From: an uncultured Chloroflexia bacterium
Lineage (GTDB): Bacteria; Chloroflexota; Limnocylindria; Limnocylindrales; CSP1-4
Assembly (NCBI GenBank): GCA_963833225.1
Contig: CAWHXD010000008.1
Coordinates: forward strand, 800,001-864,000
Direction of reading: 5' to 3'
Length of the DNA stretch: 64,000 nucleotides
Part shown: in pieces, positions 9,935 through 20,716 of the stretch
How the letters are laid out: the number at the start of each line of letters is the position of its first letter
Position numbering within the stretch: the stretch's first letter is position 1
Program-made: the position numbers and the translations under genes
The notes under the pieces: model-generated
The model's database searches: none
What the model was told of the DNA's origin: nothing
What the model saw: the letters and a program-made list of their open reading frames with translations, nothing else

Positions 9935-10904
9935 CGACGGGGGCGAGCTGCTCGTCCCGCCGGTGACCGGGGCGGCGCTCCCGGACGCCCGTGCGCTGCC
10001 CGCCACGCCCGTCACCCGGTTCGCGCCGGCCCCGACCGGACATCTGCACCTGGGTCACCTCGTGAACATCCTGTACACGTGGGGCATCGCCCGCGCGACG
10101 GGCGGGCGGGTCATCCTGCGCATCGAGGACCACGATCGCCAGCGCTCGCGCCCCGCGTACGAGACCGCCCTGCTGGAGGACATCGAACGCCTGGGCGTGG
10201 CGCCCGACGAGCCCGCGGGCGGGATGGCGGCGTTCCGCGCCGGTCCCACCTCCTACCGGCAGTCTGACATGGGCTCGGCGTACGCTGCCGCCCTGGAGAC
10301 CCTGCGCGCGCAGGGTCTCGTGTACGCCTGCGACTGCACCCGGTCCACGGCCGCGGCGTCCGCCGCGAAGCGCGGCCACCCGTGGCGCGGGGTCGGCTGT
10401 CCGGGCGGTTGCCGTGAGCGGGCCCTCCCCGAGGATGGTGACGTGGGTCTGCGAGTCTCGGTGGGCGCGGGCACCGAACGCTGGCTGGACCTGCTGGCGG
10501 GACCCATGGCCGACGAGCCCGCGGCCGGCGGCGACCTCCTGGTGCGAGACCGCGTCGGCAACTGGACGTACCCGTTGTGCGTGGTGGTGGACGACATCCG
10601 CCAGGGGGTGGACCTCGTCATCCGTGGCCGTGACCTGCTCGACGCGACGCCCGTCCAGCTGCGGCTGGCCCGGCTCCTCGGACGCGAGCGGGTGCCACAC
10701 TACCTGCACCACCCGCTGATCCGGCGGGCTTCGGGTCAGAAGCTGTCCAAGGCGGAGGGCGACACGGCAGTTCGTACCTTGCTCGACTCGGGCCGCACCC
10801 CGGCCGACCTGTTCGGGTTCGCCGCGCGATTGGCCGGGCTGCGTGAACCCGCGGTGCCCCTGGAGCCGGCCGATCTCGGATCGCTGTTCGGCGCCGGCCG
10901 ATGA
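9912..10904 (+). CDS. gluQ: Glutamyl-Q tRNA(Asp) synthetase (GluRS catalytic domain only)
   Basis: TRFAPAPTGHLHLGH, LRIEDHD, YACDCT, RGRDL and KLSK, with no anticodon-binding domain. Confidence 0.85.
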   Translation: MTARPTPDDGGELLVPPVTGAALPDARALPATPVTRFAPAPTGHLHLGHLVNILYTWGIARATGGRVILRIEDHDRQRSRPAYETALLEDIERLGVAPDEPAGGMAAFRAGPTSYRQSDMGSAYAAALETLRAQGLVYACDCTRSTAAASAAKRGHPWRGVGCPGGCRERALPEDGDVGLRVSVGAGTERWLDLLAGPMADEPAAGGDLLVRDRVGNWTYPLCVVVDDIRQGVDLVIRGRDLLDATPVQLRLARLLGRERVPHYLHHPLIRRASGQKLSKAEGDTAVRTLLDSGRTPADLFGFAARLAGLREPAVPLEPADLGSLFGAGR

Positions 10905-11360
10905 CCGGGAAACCGCTGCTCCTGCTCGACGTGGATGGGGTGCTGGTCGTCGTCCCCGCTGAGTCCGACGATGTCGACGCGGAGCCTGCCCTCACACTGC
11001 CGCCCGAGGCGGGCGAATGGTTCGCCCAGCTGGCGGAGGCGTTCGATCTCACGTGGGCGACGACGTGGGTCGAGCTCGCGAACCGGGTCATCGCCCCGCG
11101 GCTCGGGCTGCCCCCGCTGCCCGCGATCACGTTCCGGATGGACGAACGGGTGCCCACGCCAAAGCTGCGGAGCGTGATTGACTCGGTCGGCGATCGACCC
11201 TGTGCGTGGGTGGACGACGACCTCCACGAGGACGCCGACACCTGGGCCGCGGGCCGGGGGGCGCCCACGCTCCTCGTGCACATCGACGGCGCCCGGGGCA
11301 TGGACCGCCGTCACGTCGACCGGCTGCTCCACTGGGCAGTGACGCTCCGCCGACGACTGA
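10901..11360 (+). CDS. HAD-superfamily hypothetical protein (end approximate)
   Basis: LLLDVDGVL, WATTW and WVDDD. The long ORF is read-through antisense to cydC; a plausible stop is at 11358-11360 after a frameshift. Confidence 0.65.
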
Positions 11361-11406
11361 CCCGATCCCGCGGTGCCGGTCCGGGGCAGTCGTCACCGAC
11401 GGGCCG

Positions 11407-13082
11407 TCACCGGGGCGGCGGCACCAGCTCAGGCCCGCGCGTCCACGCCGGGCCTTCGAACAGCTCCGGGCCGGTGGGTCAGCACGAGGAGCGTGCGGCC
11501 GGTGGTGGCGGCGGGGAGATCCGCGATGAATGCGCGGGCCGCGGTGTCGTCGAGGTGCTCGGTGGGCTCGTCGAGGACGAGGATCCGGACGTCGGCGAGC
11601 AGGGCCCGCGCGAGCGCCAGGCGCTGACGCTGACCGCCGGACAGCCGCGCCCCGTGCTCGCCGACCGCGGTCTCGAGGCCGTCGGGCAGCGACCGGACCC
11701 AGTCGAGCAGTCGGGCCTGGGCGAGGGCGTGTTCGAGCTCGGGGACCGGGGCGCCGGGTCGCGCCAGGCGCAGGTTGTCCGCCACGCTGGCATCGAAGAT
11801 GTGCGGGTCCTGCTCGCACAGGCCCACGGCCTCGCGGACCGCGTCACCGGGGATCGCGCGGACGTCCGCGGGTCCGATCGACCCGACCAGCGACAGGCTC
11901 CCCGCGGCGGGCTCGAGGAACCGGAGACAGGCGGCGGCGAGGGTGCTCTTGCCAGATCCGCTTGGGCCGGTGACCACGAGACGGCCGCCCGCGCGCAGGT
12001 CGAGGTCCAGGCCGGCGAGCGCGGGTCCGGTGGCGCCCGGGTAGGCGACCGTCAGCCCGGCAGCGCGCAGCCCCAGCGACCCCACGGGCACCGGCACCGC
12101 CCGCTCGGGCGCTGGATCCGGCACGGGATCGGGCCGGCGCAAGATGTCGAGCACGCGCCGCGCCGACGACGCAAGGCCGGGCAGCAGGCGGGCCGACGGG
12201 GCGAGCGGCGCCACCACCTCGTGGACGGCGATCGGGGTGAGCGCCACGACGGCGAGCGCCACGCCGCCGAGGTGCCCCTCGCGGACGGCCTCGATCCCGA
12301 GCACCAGCGCCGCCCAGACCGAGGCGCCCGACGCAAGCGAGGCCACCAGCCCGCTGACCCCGGCCCCGGCCGCCGACCGCCGCTCGGCCGCCGCCAGCCG
12401 GCCATCGACCACCCGGACCACCGCCATCGCCCGCGGCACCGCGCCCGCGGCCATGAGCTCCGGCGCGCCGTGCAGCAGGTCCAGCGCGGTGTCGGCGAGG
12501 TCGCCGCGCGCGGGAGCCAGGCGTCCCTCGGCCCGGCGCGAGACGACACCGGCAGCGAGGGGGGCCACCAGGGCGGTGAGCAAGCAGGCTCACCGCGAGG
12601 GCAATCCCCGCCGCCGGTACCAGCCACCCCACGAGCGCCACGGTGGCGACCGCCACCAGGATGCGCCGAGGCATACGGCAGCAGGACCCGCAGCCAGAGG
12701 TCGGCGAGGCCGTCGACGTCGCCCACGAGCCGCGCCATCAGGTCGCCCGACCGCAGCTCCGCGAGGCCCGCGGGCGCCAGCCGGGCCAGGCGCGCGTAGG
12801 CGGTCCCGCGCAGCTCGGCGAGCACCCGGAACGCGGCGTCGTGGGCCGCCAGCCGCTCCGCGTACCGGAACACGCCGCGCGCGATGCCGAACGCGCGCAC
12901 GGCGGTGATCGCCGCGAGCAGGGTCAGCATGACCGGCTGCTCCGCGGCGCGACTGATCAGCCACGCGGAGGTAGCCGAGAGCCCGATGGCCGCGCCCGCC
13001 GCGCCGACCCCGGCGAGCACGGCGAGGACCAGCCGCCAGCGGACCGGCCGGCCGACTGCAGGATCGCGAGCAGCGCCCTCAC
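11407..13082 (-). CDS. cydC: Thiol-reductant ABC exporter subunit CydC (frameshifted)
   Basis: SAWLISRAA, RAFGIARGVFRYAERLAAHD, GPSGSGKST, LSGGQRQRL and LDEPTEHLD. GTG start overlaps the cydD stop. Confidence 0.88.
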
Positions 13083-14786
13083 GCCGGCGGCCTCCCCCGC
13101 GACCGCATGGTCGGCCACGGCGCCCGTGACCGACGCGCGGATCGGCCACGGACCGATCGGCCTCGGCCACGGCACCCGGCCGATGGGCCACCACCAGCAC
13201 CCCGGCCCCGGCGCGCGCCGCGTCGCGGAGCACGGCCAGCACCGCCGCCTCGGCGGCCTCGTCCAGGCCCGCGGTAGGCTCGTCGAGGAGCAGGAATGGC
13301 GCCCGCCGCAGGAGCGCCCGCGCGATGCCCACCCGCCGGCGCTGCCCGACTGGACAGCCCGCGACCGCGCTCCCCCAGCAGTCCGCTCGGGCGGGACATC
13401 GGCGAGACCGACGCGCGCGAGCACCTCGGCGACCTCCGCGTCCGAGGCGTCGGGGCCGGGCAAGCCGGACGTTGTCCGCCACGGGGCCCGGGAACAGGAA
13501 CGGGACCTGGGGCACCCAGGCCAGGCGCGCCCGCCACGCGCCCCCGTCGAGTCGCCCGGACGTCCGTCCGGCGCCATCGGCCGACCGGACGAGCACCCGC
13601 CCGGCGGTCGGCTCCAGGAGGCCCAGGATCACGGCGAGCAGGGTGCTCTTGCCCACGCCCGATGGCCCGGTGACGGCCACCAGCTCGCCCGGCCGCAGGA
13701 CGAGCGAGGCGCCTCGCAGGGCGCCAGCAGGTCGCGGCCGGGCTGGGCCACGGAGATGCCCGCGACGACGAGCTCCGCGGCGGGCTCCGGCAACGGCTGC
13801 GTCCCGGCCATTCCCGCTTGCCCGGCCGGCTCCTGCGCATCGATGATCGCGAACGCCTTCGCGGCCGCCGTGACGCCCTCCTCGGAGGCGTGGAACTCGG
13901 CGCCCAATCGACGGAGCGGGAGATATGCCTCGGGTGCCAGGATCGAGCGCGAACAGGCCCACGTGGAGGCTGAGCTCGCCGACGGCCAGCCGGAGCCCCA
14001 CGCCCGACCGCGACCAGGGCGACGGAGATCGTGGCGAGCAGCTCGAGCACCAGCGCGGAGAGGAACGCGACCCGGAGGGTGGCCATCGTCGTGGACCGGT
14101 ACCGGTCCGTGATCCCGCGCAGGATCGCCACCTGGGCGTCGGCCGCCCCGTAGGCTCGCAGCGTCGGCAGGCCGGACACCACGTCGGTGAACCGGTGCGC
14201 GAGGCGCCCGAGCATCGCCCAGCGGCGGTCCCGGTGGGCCGCCGACAGCCTCCCGATCAGGATCATGAACACCGGGATCAGGGGCACCGTGACCAGGACG
14301 GTGAGCCCCGCGACGGCGTCCACCCAGAACAGGCAGACCACCACGGCGAACGGCACGATCGCTCCCAGCGCCAGCTGCGGGAGGTAGCGCCCGAAGTACC
14401 CGTCGAGCGCGTCGAGGCCGCGGGTCGCGAGAAGCGCGATCTCCGCGCTTGGCTGGTCGGCGGCCCAGCGCGGACCCATGGTCGCGGCCCGCTCGAGGAG
14501 CTGCACCCGGAGGGCGGACTTGACCGCGCCGCTGATCCGCTGGGCGACGACGTCCGTCGCCCAGCCCAGGAGCGCCCGCAGCAGCAGGACCACGCCCAGC
14601 GCCGTCAGCGGCCCGCGCAGCCCCTCGATGCCCAGGCCGCCCGCGAACGCGCCGCTGATCGCGGTCGCGAGGAGCCAGGCCTGCGCCACGGCAAGCAGCG
14701 CGGCCGCCATCCCGAGGGTGACGGCCGCGAGGAGCGATCCCGGTCGCGACACGACCGGCGGCGAGGAGCCGGCGATGGGGGCTCAC
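13079..14786 (-). CDS. cydD: Thiol-reductant ABC exporter subunit CydD (frameshifted)
   Basis: YFGRYLPQ, PLIPVFMILIG, TMATLRVAFLSALVLE, LAPEAYLPLR, GPSGVGKST and LLDEPTAGLD. Confidence 0.88.
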
Positions 14787-14814
14787 GGATGGCCGTGGGG
14801 ACGCGGCCGCATGG

Positions 14815-15817
14815 TCAGGCCTCGACGCCCGCCCGCGGGGTGGTCACCCGCTTGCGGAACACGTAGTACGTCCACCCCTGGTAGATGAGCACGATCGGCA
14901 CGAAGATCACCGCGACCACGGTCATGATCCCCAGCGTATACGGCGTGGACGCCGCGTTCGTCGTGGTCAGGCTGAACGCCGGGTCCGTCGAGGACGGCAT
15001 GACGTCCGGGAACAGGGCGAGGAACAGGCTCGCGACGGCAAGCCCGAGCGTCAGCGCGGACGCGGCGAAGGCCAGGGCCTCTCGCCGGATCCACGAGGCG
15101 CCCAGCGCCGCCAGCCAGGCGACGGCCGCGAGGACGGCTACGACCGTGGACAGCACGTCGCCACGGATAGCATTCGCCCACAGCAGGAACGCCACGGCGG
15201 CCACGGCGGTGACCAGGCCGACCGGGACGGTCAGGCGGCGGGCCCGCTCCCGGATCTCGCCCTCCGTCCGGAGGGTCAGGTACAGGAGCCCGTGGGTCAC
15301 GAACAGCAGCAGCGTCGTGACGCCGCCGAGCAGCGCGAACGGGTTGAGCAGCGTGAGCAGCGAGCCCGTGAACTGCTTGTCGGCGTCGATCGGCACCCCG
15401 CCCACGATGTTGCCGAAGGCGACGCCCCACAGCAGGGCCGGCAGGAAGCTGCCGAATGCCGATGAGCAGGTCCATCCGCGACCGCCATCGGCCGTCGCCG
15501 CGCTTGTTGCGGTACTCGATCCCGATCCCGCGCACGATCAGCGCGACGAGGATCAGGAACAGGGCGAGGTAGAAGCCCGAGAACAGGGTCGCGTACCACT
15601 CGGGGAACGCGGCGAAGGTCGCCCCGCCGGCGACCAGGACCCACACCTCGTTGCCGTCCCAGACCGGGCCGATCGTGCGGATCATCGCCCGACGCTCGGG
15701 CTCGTTGCGGCCGATGACGTGGAGCAGGATGCCGACGCCGAAGTCGAAGCCCTCGAGGACGAAGTAGCCGATCCAGAGGACGGCGATCAGCGCGAACCAG
15801 ATGGTCGTGAGTTCCAT
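14815..15817 (-). CDS. cydB: Cytochrome bd ubiquinol oxidase subunit II (frameshift near 15455)
   Basis: GYFVLEGFDFGVG, IGPVWDGNEVW, FAAFPEWYA and C-terminal YQGWTYYVF. Confidence 0.93.
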
Positions 15818-15826
15818 GCCGTTCCC

Positions 15827-17227
15827 CTAGTACCCGAGCCCGAGCGCCGGCTCGGCCTCGTGCTCGAACCCCGTGTCCGAGGCGGGCTCTGGGAGCCCCT
15901 GGCGGACCCTCCGGACGACCAGGCCCAGCATCACCAGGGCCAGCGCGCCGTACAGGATGGTGAACCCGATCATCGTGACCAGCACCATCAGCACGCTGTT
16001 GTTGGGCGACACGGCGGGCGCCGTGTTCATCAGCCCGAACACGATCCACGGCTGCCGGCCGACCTCGGTGAAGATCCAGGCGAACGAGTTGGCCGCCAGC
16101 GGCAGGAACGGCAGCAGGATCGCCGCCGTGACGGCTCCCCGGCCGGGCAGGCGACCCTTGCGCATCGCGAACAGGAACCAGGCCGCCGCGAGCGCCGCCA
16201 GCGCGCCCGCGCCGATCATCCAGCGGAACGTCCAGTAGGTGACCGGCGTGTTGGGCGTGTAGTCGCCCGGTCCGTACTTGGCCACCTCCTAGGCCTGCAG
16301 GTCGTTGATGCCCTCGACCTTGCCGTTGAAGTCGCCGGTCGCGAGGAACGAGAGGACGTACGGGATCCGGATCGAGAACACGTTCGCGCTCCCGTCGAGC
16401 GTGCCGATCGTGAAGATCGAGAACGAGGCCGGCTGCTGCGTCTCCCACAGCGCCTCGGCCGCGGCCATCTTCATCGGCTGCTGCTCGGTCATGATCTTGC
16501 CCTGGATGTCACCGGTCACCGCGACCAGCAGGCCGGAGACGAGGACCATGATCGCGCCCGCCTTGGCGGTCGACCGGAACGGGGCCGCCCCCTCCGGGCG
16601 GTCGCGGAGGAGCTTCCACATCGAGATGCCGGCGATGAACGCACCGGTCGTCATGAACGCGGCCGGGATCGTGTGGACGAAGGTGATGACCGCCGTGTTG
16701 TTGGTGAGGACGGCGAGGAAGTCCTTCAGCTCGGCCCGGCCGGCGGCGGCGTTGACCTCATAGCCCACCGGGTGCTGCATCCAGCTGTTGGCAGCCAGGA
16801 TGATGTACGCCGACAGGGCCGCGCCGATGGCGGCGATCCAGATCGTGGCCAGGTGGACCAATCGGGGCAGCCGGCCCCAGCCGAAGATCCACAGCCCCAG
16901 GAACGTCGATTCGAGGAAGAACGCGAGCAGCCCCTCGATGGCCAGCGGGGCGCCGAAGATGTCGCCGACGAAGCGGCTGTACTCGCTCCAGTTCATCCCG
17001 AATTGGAACTCCTGGACGATGCCCGTCACCACGCCAAGGGCGAAGTTGATCAGGAACAGCTCCCCAAAGAACCGGGTCAGGCGCAGGTACCGCTCGTTGC
17101 CTGTCCGGTGCCAGGCCGTCTGGAGGCCGGCCACGGTGAACGCGAGGCCGATCGTCAGCGGGACGAACAGGAAGTGGTACACGGTGGTGATCGCGAATTG
17201 CCACCGCGCGAGCATCAATGGGTCCAC
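15827..17227 (-). CDS. cydA: Cytochrome bd ubiquinol oxidase subunit I (in-frame TAG at 16289-16291)
   Basis: ARWQF..YHFLFVP, FQFGMNW, NSWMQHP, QPMKMAAAE and TEVGRQPW. The two ORFs share a frame and are separated by one amber codon. Confidence 0.93.
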
Positions 17228-17348
17228 GGGGTCAGCCCTTCCTCCCTGCGGTCAACACGAATGAATTGAGCGGGCGGCCAAGGATCGACCGAAGACGGCC
17301 CGCATGGGTGTCTCCAGCACCTATCGTGGGGACGGCGCCATCCGATAC

Positions 17349-17366
17349 ATGGTGCGAGCGAACCAT
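17349..17366. promoter_or_regulatory. Palindromic candidate operator upstream of cydA
   Basis: ATGGTGCG-AG-CGAACCAT, a 7/8 inverted repeat between the regulator gene and cydA. Confidence 0.4.
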
Positions 17367-17438
17367 TTTGTCCGGCGGTCCGGCAGGGTCTGACCGGGAC
17401 CTCGGTCGGACAGGCGGGCCGCGCCATGGCGGCGCGGG

Positions 17439-18143
17439 CTACACCAGGCCGCGACGCATCCCGAGGAGCACGATCTCCAGCCGGCTGCGGGCGCCGAGCT
17501 TGCGGCCGACATTGGCGATGTGGTTGCGGGCGGTGAACACGCTGATCGACAGCAGCTCGGCGATCTCGTCGATCGTGGAGCCGGCCGCGAAATGGCGCAG
17601 CACCTCGAGCTCCCGCCTGGTGAGGGTCTCCACCATCGGCTCATCGGCGACGACGGTTGCGGGTGGCTCGCGGCGCACGACCGTGGCGGCGCGATCGGCC
17701 TCCTTGAGCAGGTGGACGACGTGGAACGCGCCGTCGCCAGCCTCCAGGACGAGCACGGTGTTGAACAGGTGCTTCGCACCGCCATCCCGGCAGTGCGCGA
17801 CAACCTCGTAGCTCGCGGTCCCGCGCCCGCGACGAGCGTTCCGGGTCACGGGGCAGTTGCGCCCGCACACGGGGTGGCCGTCCGGTTCGCGGCCCATCAC
17901 CACCTGGTAGCAGGTCCGGCCGACGGCCTCGTCAGCCGAGAACCCGAGCATCCGCTGGGCGGCGCTGGACCAGGCCACGATCCGCTGCCGGTCATCGGTG
18001 AGGAACATCCCATCGGTGGAGGCGATGCGGCCGACCCACGGGTCCTCCAGCGCCGCCGAGTCGTGGCGCTCGACCCCGCCGTCCACCGGCGCGGGCGCGC
18101 GAGCAGTCGTGCCGGTGCGTGGCGCGGCGGTGGTCCGGGGCAT
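17439..18143 (-). CDS. PAS-domain / LuxR-HTH one-component transcriptional regulator
   Basis: PAS-like DGMFLTD..IVAWSSAAQRMLGFSADEAVG and LuxR LTRRELEVL...IAELLSISVFTARNHIANV. Confidence 0.9.
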   Translation of the reverse strand: MPRTTAAPRTGTTARAPAPVDGGVERHDSAALEDPWVGRIASTDGMFLTDDRQRIVAWSSAAQRMLGFSADEAVGRTCYQVVMGREPDGHPVCGRNCPVTRNARRGRGTASYEVVAHCRDGGAKHLFNTVLVLEAGDGAFHVVHLLKEADRAATVVRREPPATVVADEPMVETLTRRELEVLRHFAAGSTIDEIAELLSISVFTARNHIANVGRKLGARSRLEIVLLGMRRGLV

Positions 18144-18221
18144 GCCGGGAGTATCGGGAGCGGGGCGGACCCTGTGGCGGTCCCAATTGCCCGAAGGCGG
18201 GGGCCGGTCGGAGGGTTCGGC

Positions 18222-18869
18222 TCAGGCCGGGCCGGTGCGGTCCTCGATCTCCCAGGCGTGGTCGAGGGCGTGCCAGGCGATCCGCCGGGCCGCGTAGCGC
18301 GGCGGCCACTTCTTGCCGGCGACGGGCGAGCCGTCGGAGGGTTCCCGCAGGCGTTCGAGCATGGCGGCCCGGCAGCGTTCCACGGGCCGGCGTTCGGCCG
18401 GCGGGATCCCGAGGACCCCCGCGTAGGCCGCGTCGGCACCGTTCACGTGGTCCACGATCTTCGCCGTGTCACGGCCACCGCCGCGAGGGCCCTTGCGGAG
18501 CTCCGCCGGAGCGACTGCCGCCGTCCGGTCGAACGCGGTCCACGCGGCCTCGACCAGCCTCACGAGCCGCGCGGCGTCGGCCGCGGTCACCGGCGTCCGA
18601 TCGGCATCGGCGGGGACGCTCGGGACGCCGAACGCCGTGCCCGCGTCACCGTCGATCCGCTCCGCGACCTCCACCTGGGTCCCGTCGACGGGGAAGGCCT
18701 CACCCGCGGCCTCGGCGATGCGGGCGTAGCGCGGCAGGGCGGCGAGCAGCGCCTCGATCGCCGCGGCCTCCTGCCGGGCGCCACGGGCGAGGCCCGGCCA
18801 ATCGAGGGCGGACACGAAGACTCGCTTGGGTGTCGTCTCCACGACGACCCGGAGGCGGTGGTGAGCCAT
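18222..18869 (-). CDS. Conserved hypothetical protein with a DinB-like His-containing C-terminus
   Basis: MAHHRLRVVVETTPKRVFVSALDWPG...LRKGPRGGGRD..IVDHV...RRIAWHALDHAWEIEDR. A -10-like box lies 6 nt before the ATG. Confidence 0.7.
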   Translation of the reverse strand: MAHHRLRVVVETTPKRVFVSALDWPGLARGARQEAAAIEALLAALPRYARIAEAAGEAFPVDGTQVEVAERIDGDAGTAFGVPSVPADADRTPVTAADAARLVRLVEAAWTAFDRTAAVAPAELRKGPRGGGRDTAKIVDHVNGADAAYAGVLGIPPAERRPVERCRAAMLERLREPSDGSPVAGKKWPPRYAARRIAWHALDHAWEIEDRTGPA

Positions 18870-18917
18870 GGCGGGAGTATGGACCGGGACGCGACACCTG
18901 ACCGGTACGCTTGGGAC

Positions 18918-19871
18918 ATGCACACGATCCCCTTCACCCGGTCGGCGGCGTGGGTCACGATCGGCGAAGGCCTGTCCCTCGGCGCCCGCTACTGGGCCGC
19001 GACGTGGGAGCGCTGGGTGCTGGCGGTCGTGGCCGTGGCGCTCACGGACGGTCTCGCGACCTGGCTGCTCGGATCCACGCTGCTCGACCAGGCGACGATG
19101 ACCCAGCTGATGCTGCCGGGCGCGAACGCCATCGACCCGTCGGCGCTGCCGCGCCTGCTGGCCGGGCCGCTCGCCGTGGGCGTGGTGTCCCTGGTCGCCG
19201 GCTGGTTCCTGTACGCCAACGCCGTCGCAGGCCTGCGCGGGCGCGAGGTGACGCTGGGCTGGGTCCTGGGCGCGGGCCTGCGCACGCTGCTGATGCTGGC
19301 GGGCGTGGCGTTCGTGCTGACCGGATTCTTCGCTGTCCTCGCGTTGCTCGGTCCGCTTGGCCTGCTCGCCATGGCCGGCGCCCTCCCGATGCTCGTCTAC
19401 CTCGCCCTCCGGCTCCAGTTCTGGGTCGTGGGCGTGTTCGACGGATTGGGCGTGACGGCGGCCGCGCGGTCCAGCCTGGAGATCACGCGGCGGGCCGTGC
19501 TGCGGGTGGCCGGATGGTGGCTGGCGCTGGTCGGCCTGTCGCTGCTGATCGGGGCCTTCTCGGCAGCGACGTCGATCCTGTTCACGGCCCTGCCGGTCGT
19601 CCCGGCCGTGGTCGGCTCGCTGCTGTCCACCTCGTTCCAGGCGTTCTCGGTGATCGTGGTCGCGATCCTGTACGAGAGCCAGCGCCTGCGCTGGATGGGC
19701 CTCGCCGCCGCGCCCTACGGATCGCAACCGCCGCGAGCCCAACCCCCTGCCGGCTGGGGACAGCCGACGTCACCGCCGCCGTCGGACCCTGACGGGCCAC
19801 CCGGCGCCGATGGACCGCCTCCGCCTCCCCCGCCGCCGCCCGGCTCCGGCATCGATCCCGACTCCCGATGA
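18918..19871 (+). CDS. Integral membrane protein with Pro-rich tail (paralog of 20717-21709)
   Basis: About 6 hydrophobic segments; shares AWVTxGxGLS, GLRGRE, VFDG and LYESQR with the downstream gene. Confidence 0.8.
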   Translation: MHTIPFTRSAAWVTIGEGLSLGARYWAATWERWVLAVVAVALTDGLATWLLGSTLLDQATMTQLMLPGANAIDPSALPRLLAGPLAVGVVSLVAGWFLYANAVAGLRGREVTLGWVLGAGLRTLLMLAGVAFVLTGFFAVLALLGPLGLLAMAGALPMLVYLALRLQFWVVGVFDGLGVTAAARSSLEITRRAVLRVAGWWLALVGLSLLIGAFSAATSILFTALPVVPAVVGSLLSTSFQAFSVIVVAILYESQRLRWMGLAAAPYGSQPPRAQPPAGWGQPTSPPPSDPDGPPGADGPPPPPPPPPGSGIDPDSR

Positions 19872-20602
19872 CCCCGGCTCGCCCTCGGCCGGATGACTCC
19901 GTTGACCCCGGGAGGCCGCGCTACCGCTGGCTGCTGTTCGATGCGGACGACACGCTGTTCGACTACGGCGCAGCGGAGGCCGCCGCGCTCCGCGAGGCCT
20001 TCGAGCTCCATGGGATCCCGTACGGCGCGGAGCATCTCGCGCGCTACCAGCGGATCAACCTCCAGGCCTGGCGCGAGCTGGAGGAGGGCCGGATCACGCA
20101 GGCCGTGCTGCGGACGCGACGCTTCGAGCACCTGTTCGCCACCCTCGGCGTGACGGCCGACGCCCCGGCCTTCGCCGAGACCTACGTGGACCGCATGGCC
20201 GCGCAGGCCCAGCTGGTCGATGGAGCCCTCGAGGTCGTCCGGGCCCTCGCGGCAACCCACCGGCTGGCCATCATCACCAACGGCCTGGCCGACGTGCAGC
20301 GCCGACGGCTCGCCGCGTCCCCCGTCCGGGCGCACGTGGCGGAGCTCGTGATCTCCGATGAGGTCGGCGCGGCCAAGCCGCATCGCGCCATCTTCGACGC
20401 CGCGTTCGCCCGCATCGGGATGCCGTCGACGTCCGAGGTGCTGATGATCGGCGACAGCCTGAGCTCGGACATCGCGGGCGGGACCAGCTACGGGCTGGAT
20501 ACCTGCTGGTACAACCCGCTCGGGCTGCCGGGTCGCGCGGACCTGGTTCCCACCTACGAGGTGCGGCACCTCCTGGAGCTGCCGCTGCTGCTCGCGGGCT
20601 GA
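19868..20602 (+). CDS. yjjG: YjjG-family HAD pyrimidine nucleotidase
   Basis: LFDADDTLFDY, IITNG, KP and MIGDSLSSDIAGG. Confidence 0.88.
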   Translation: MTPARPRPDDSVDPGRPRYRWLLFDADDTLFDYGAAEAAALREAFELHGIPYGAEHLARYQRINLQAWRELEEGRITQAVLRTRRFEHLFATLGVTADAPAFAETYVDRMAAQAQLVDGALEVVRALAATHRLAIITNGLADVQRRRLAASPVRAHVAELVISDEVGAAKPHRAIFDAAFARIGMPSTSEVLMIGDSLSSDIAGGTSYGLDTCWYNPLGLPGRADLVPTYEVRHLLELPLLLAG

Positions 20603-20716
20603 GGCCCCGGCCCGCGCCGCTGCGGGCGGCCCGGCTGAGCGGGACCTTCGGACCTATGCGGACGGAACGGCCCCGATAGGCTTCGCGCTACCGAGGCCAG
20701 CTCGAAGGGGGGTCGC

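Noticed and set aside
10901-12799. 632-aa ORF, and other long ORFs such as 14885-17269, 17520-18917 and 53000-54400 antisense
   Set aside because: These are shadow frames of real genes caused by high GC content; they are Arg/Gly/Pro-rich and lack motifs.
16289-16291. Pyrrolysine or stop-codon reassignment in cydA
   Set aside because: TAG is used as a normal stop in many genes here (cydA end, greA, hppA, panB, panC), and no pyl genes are visible.
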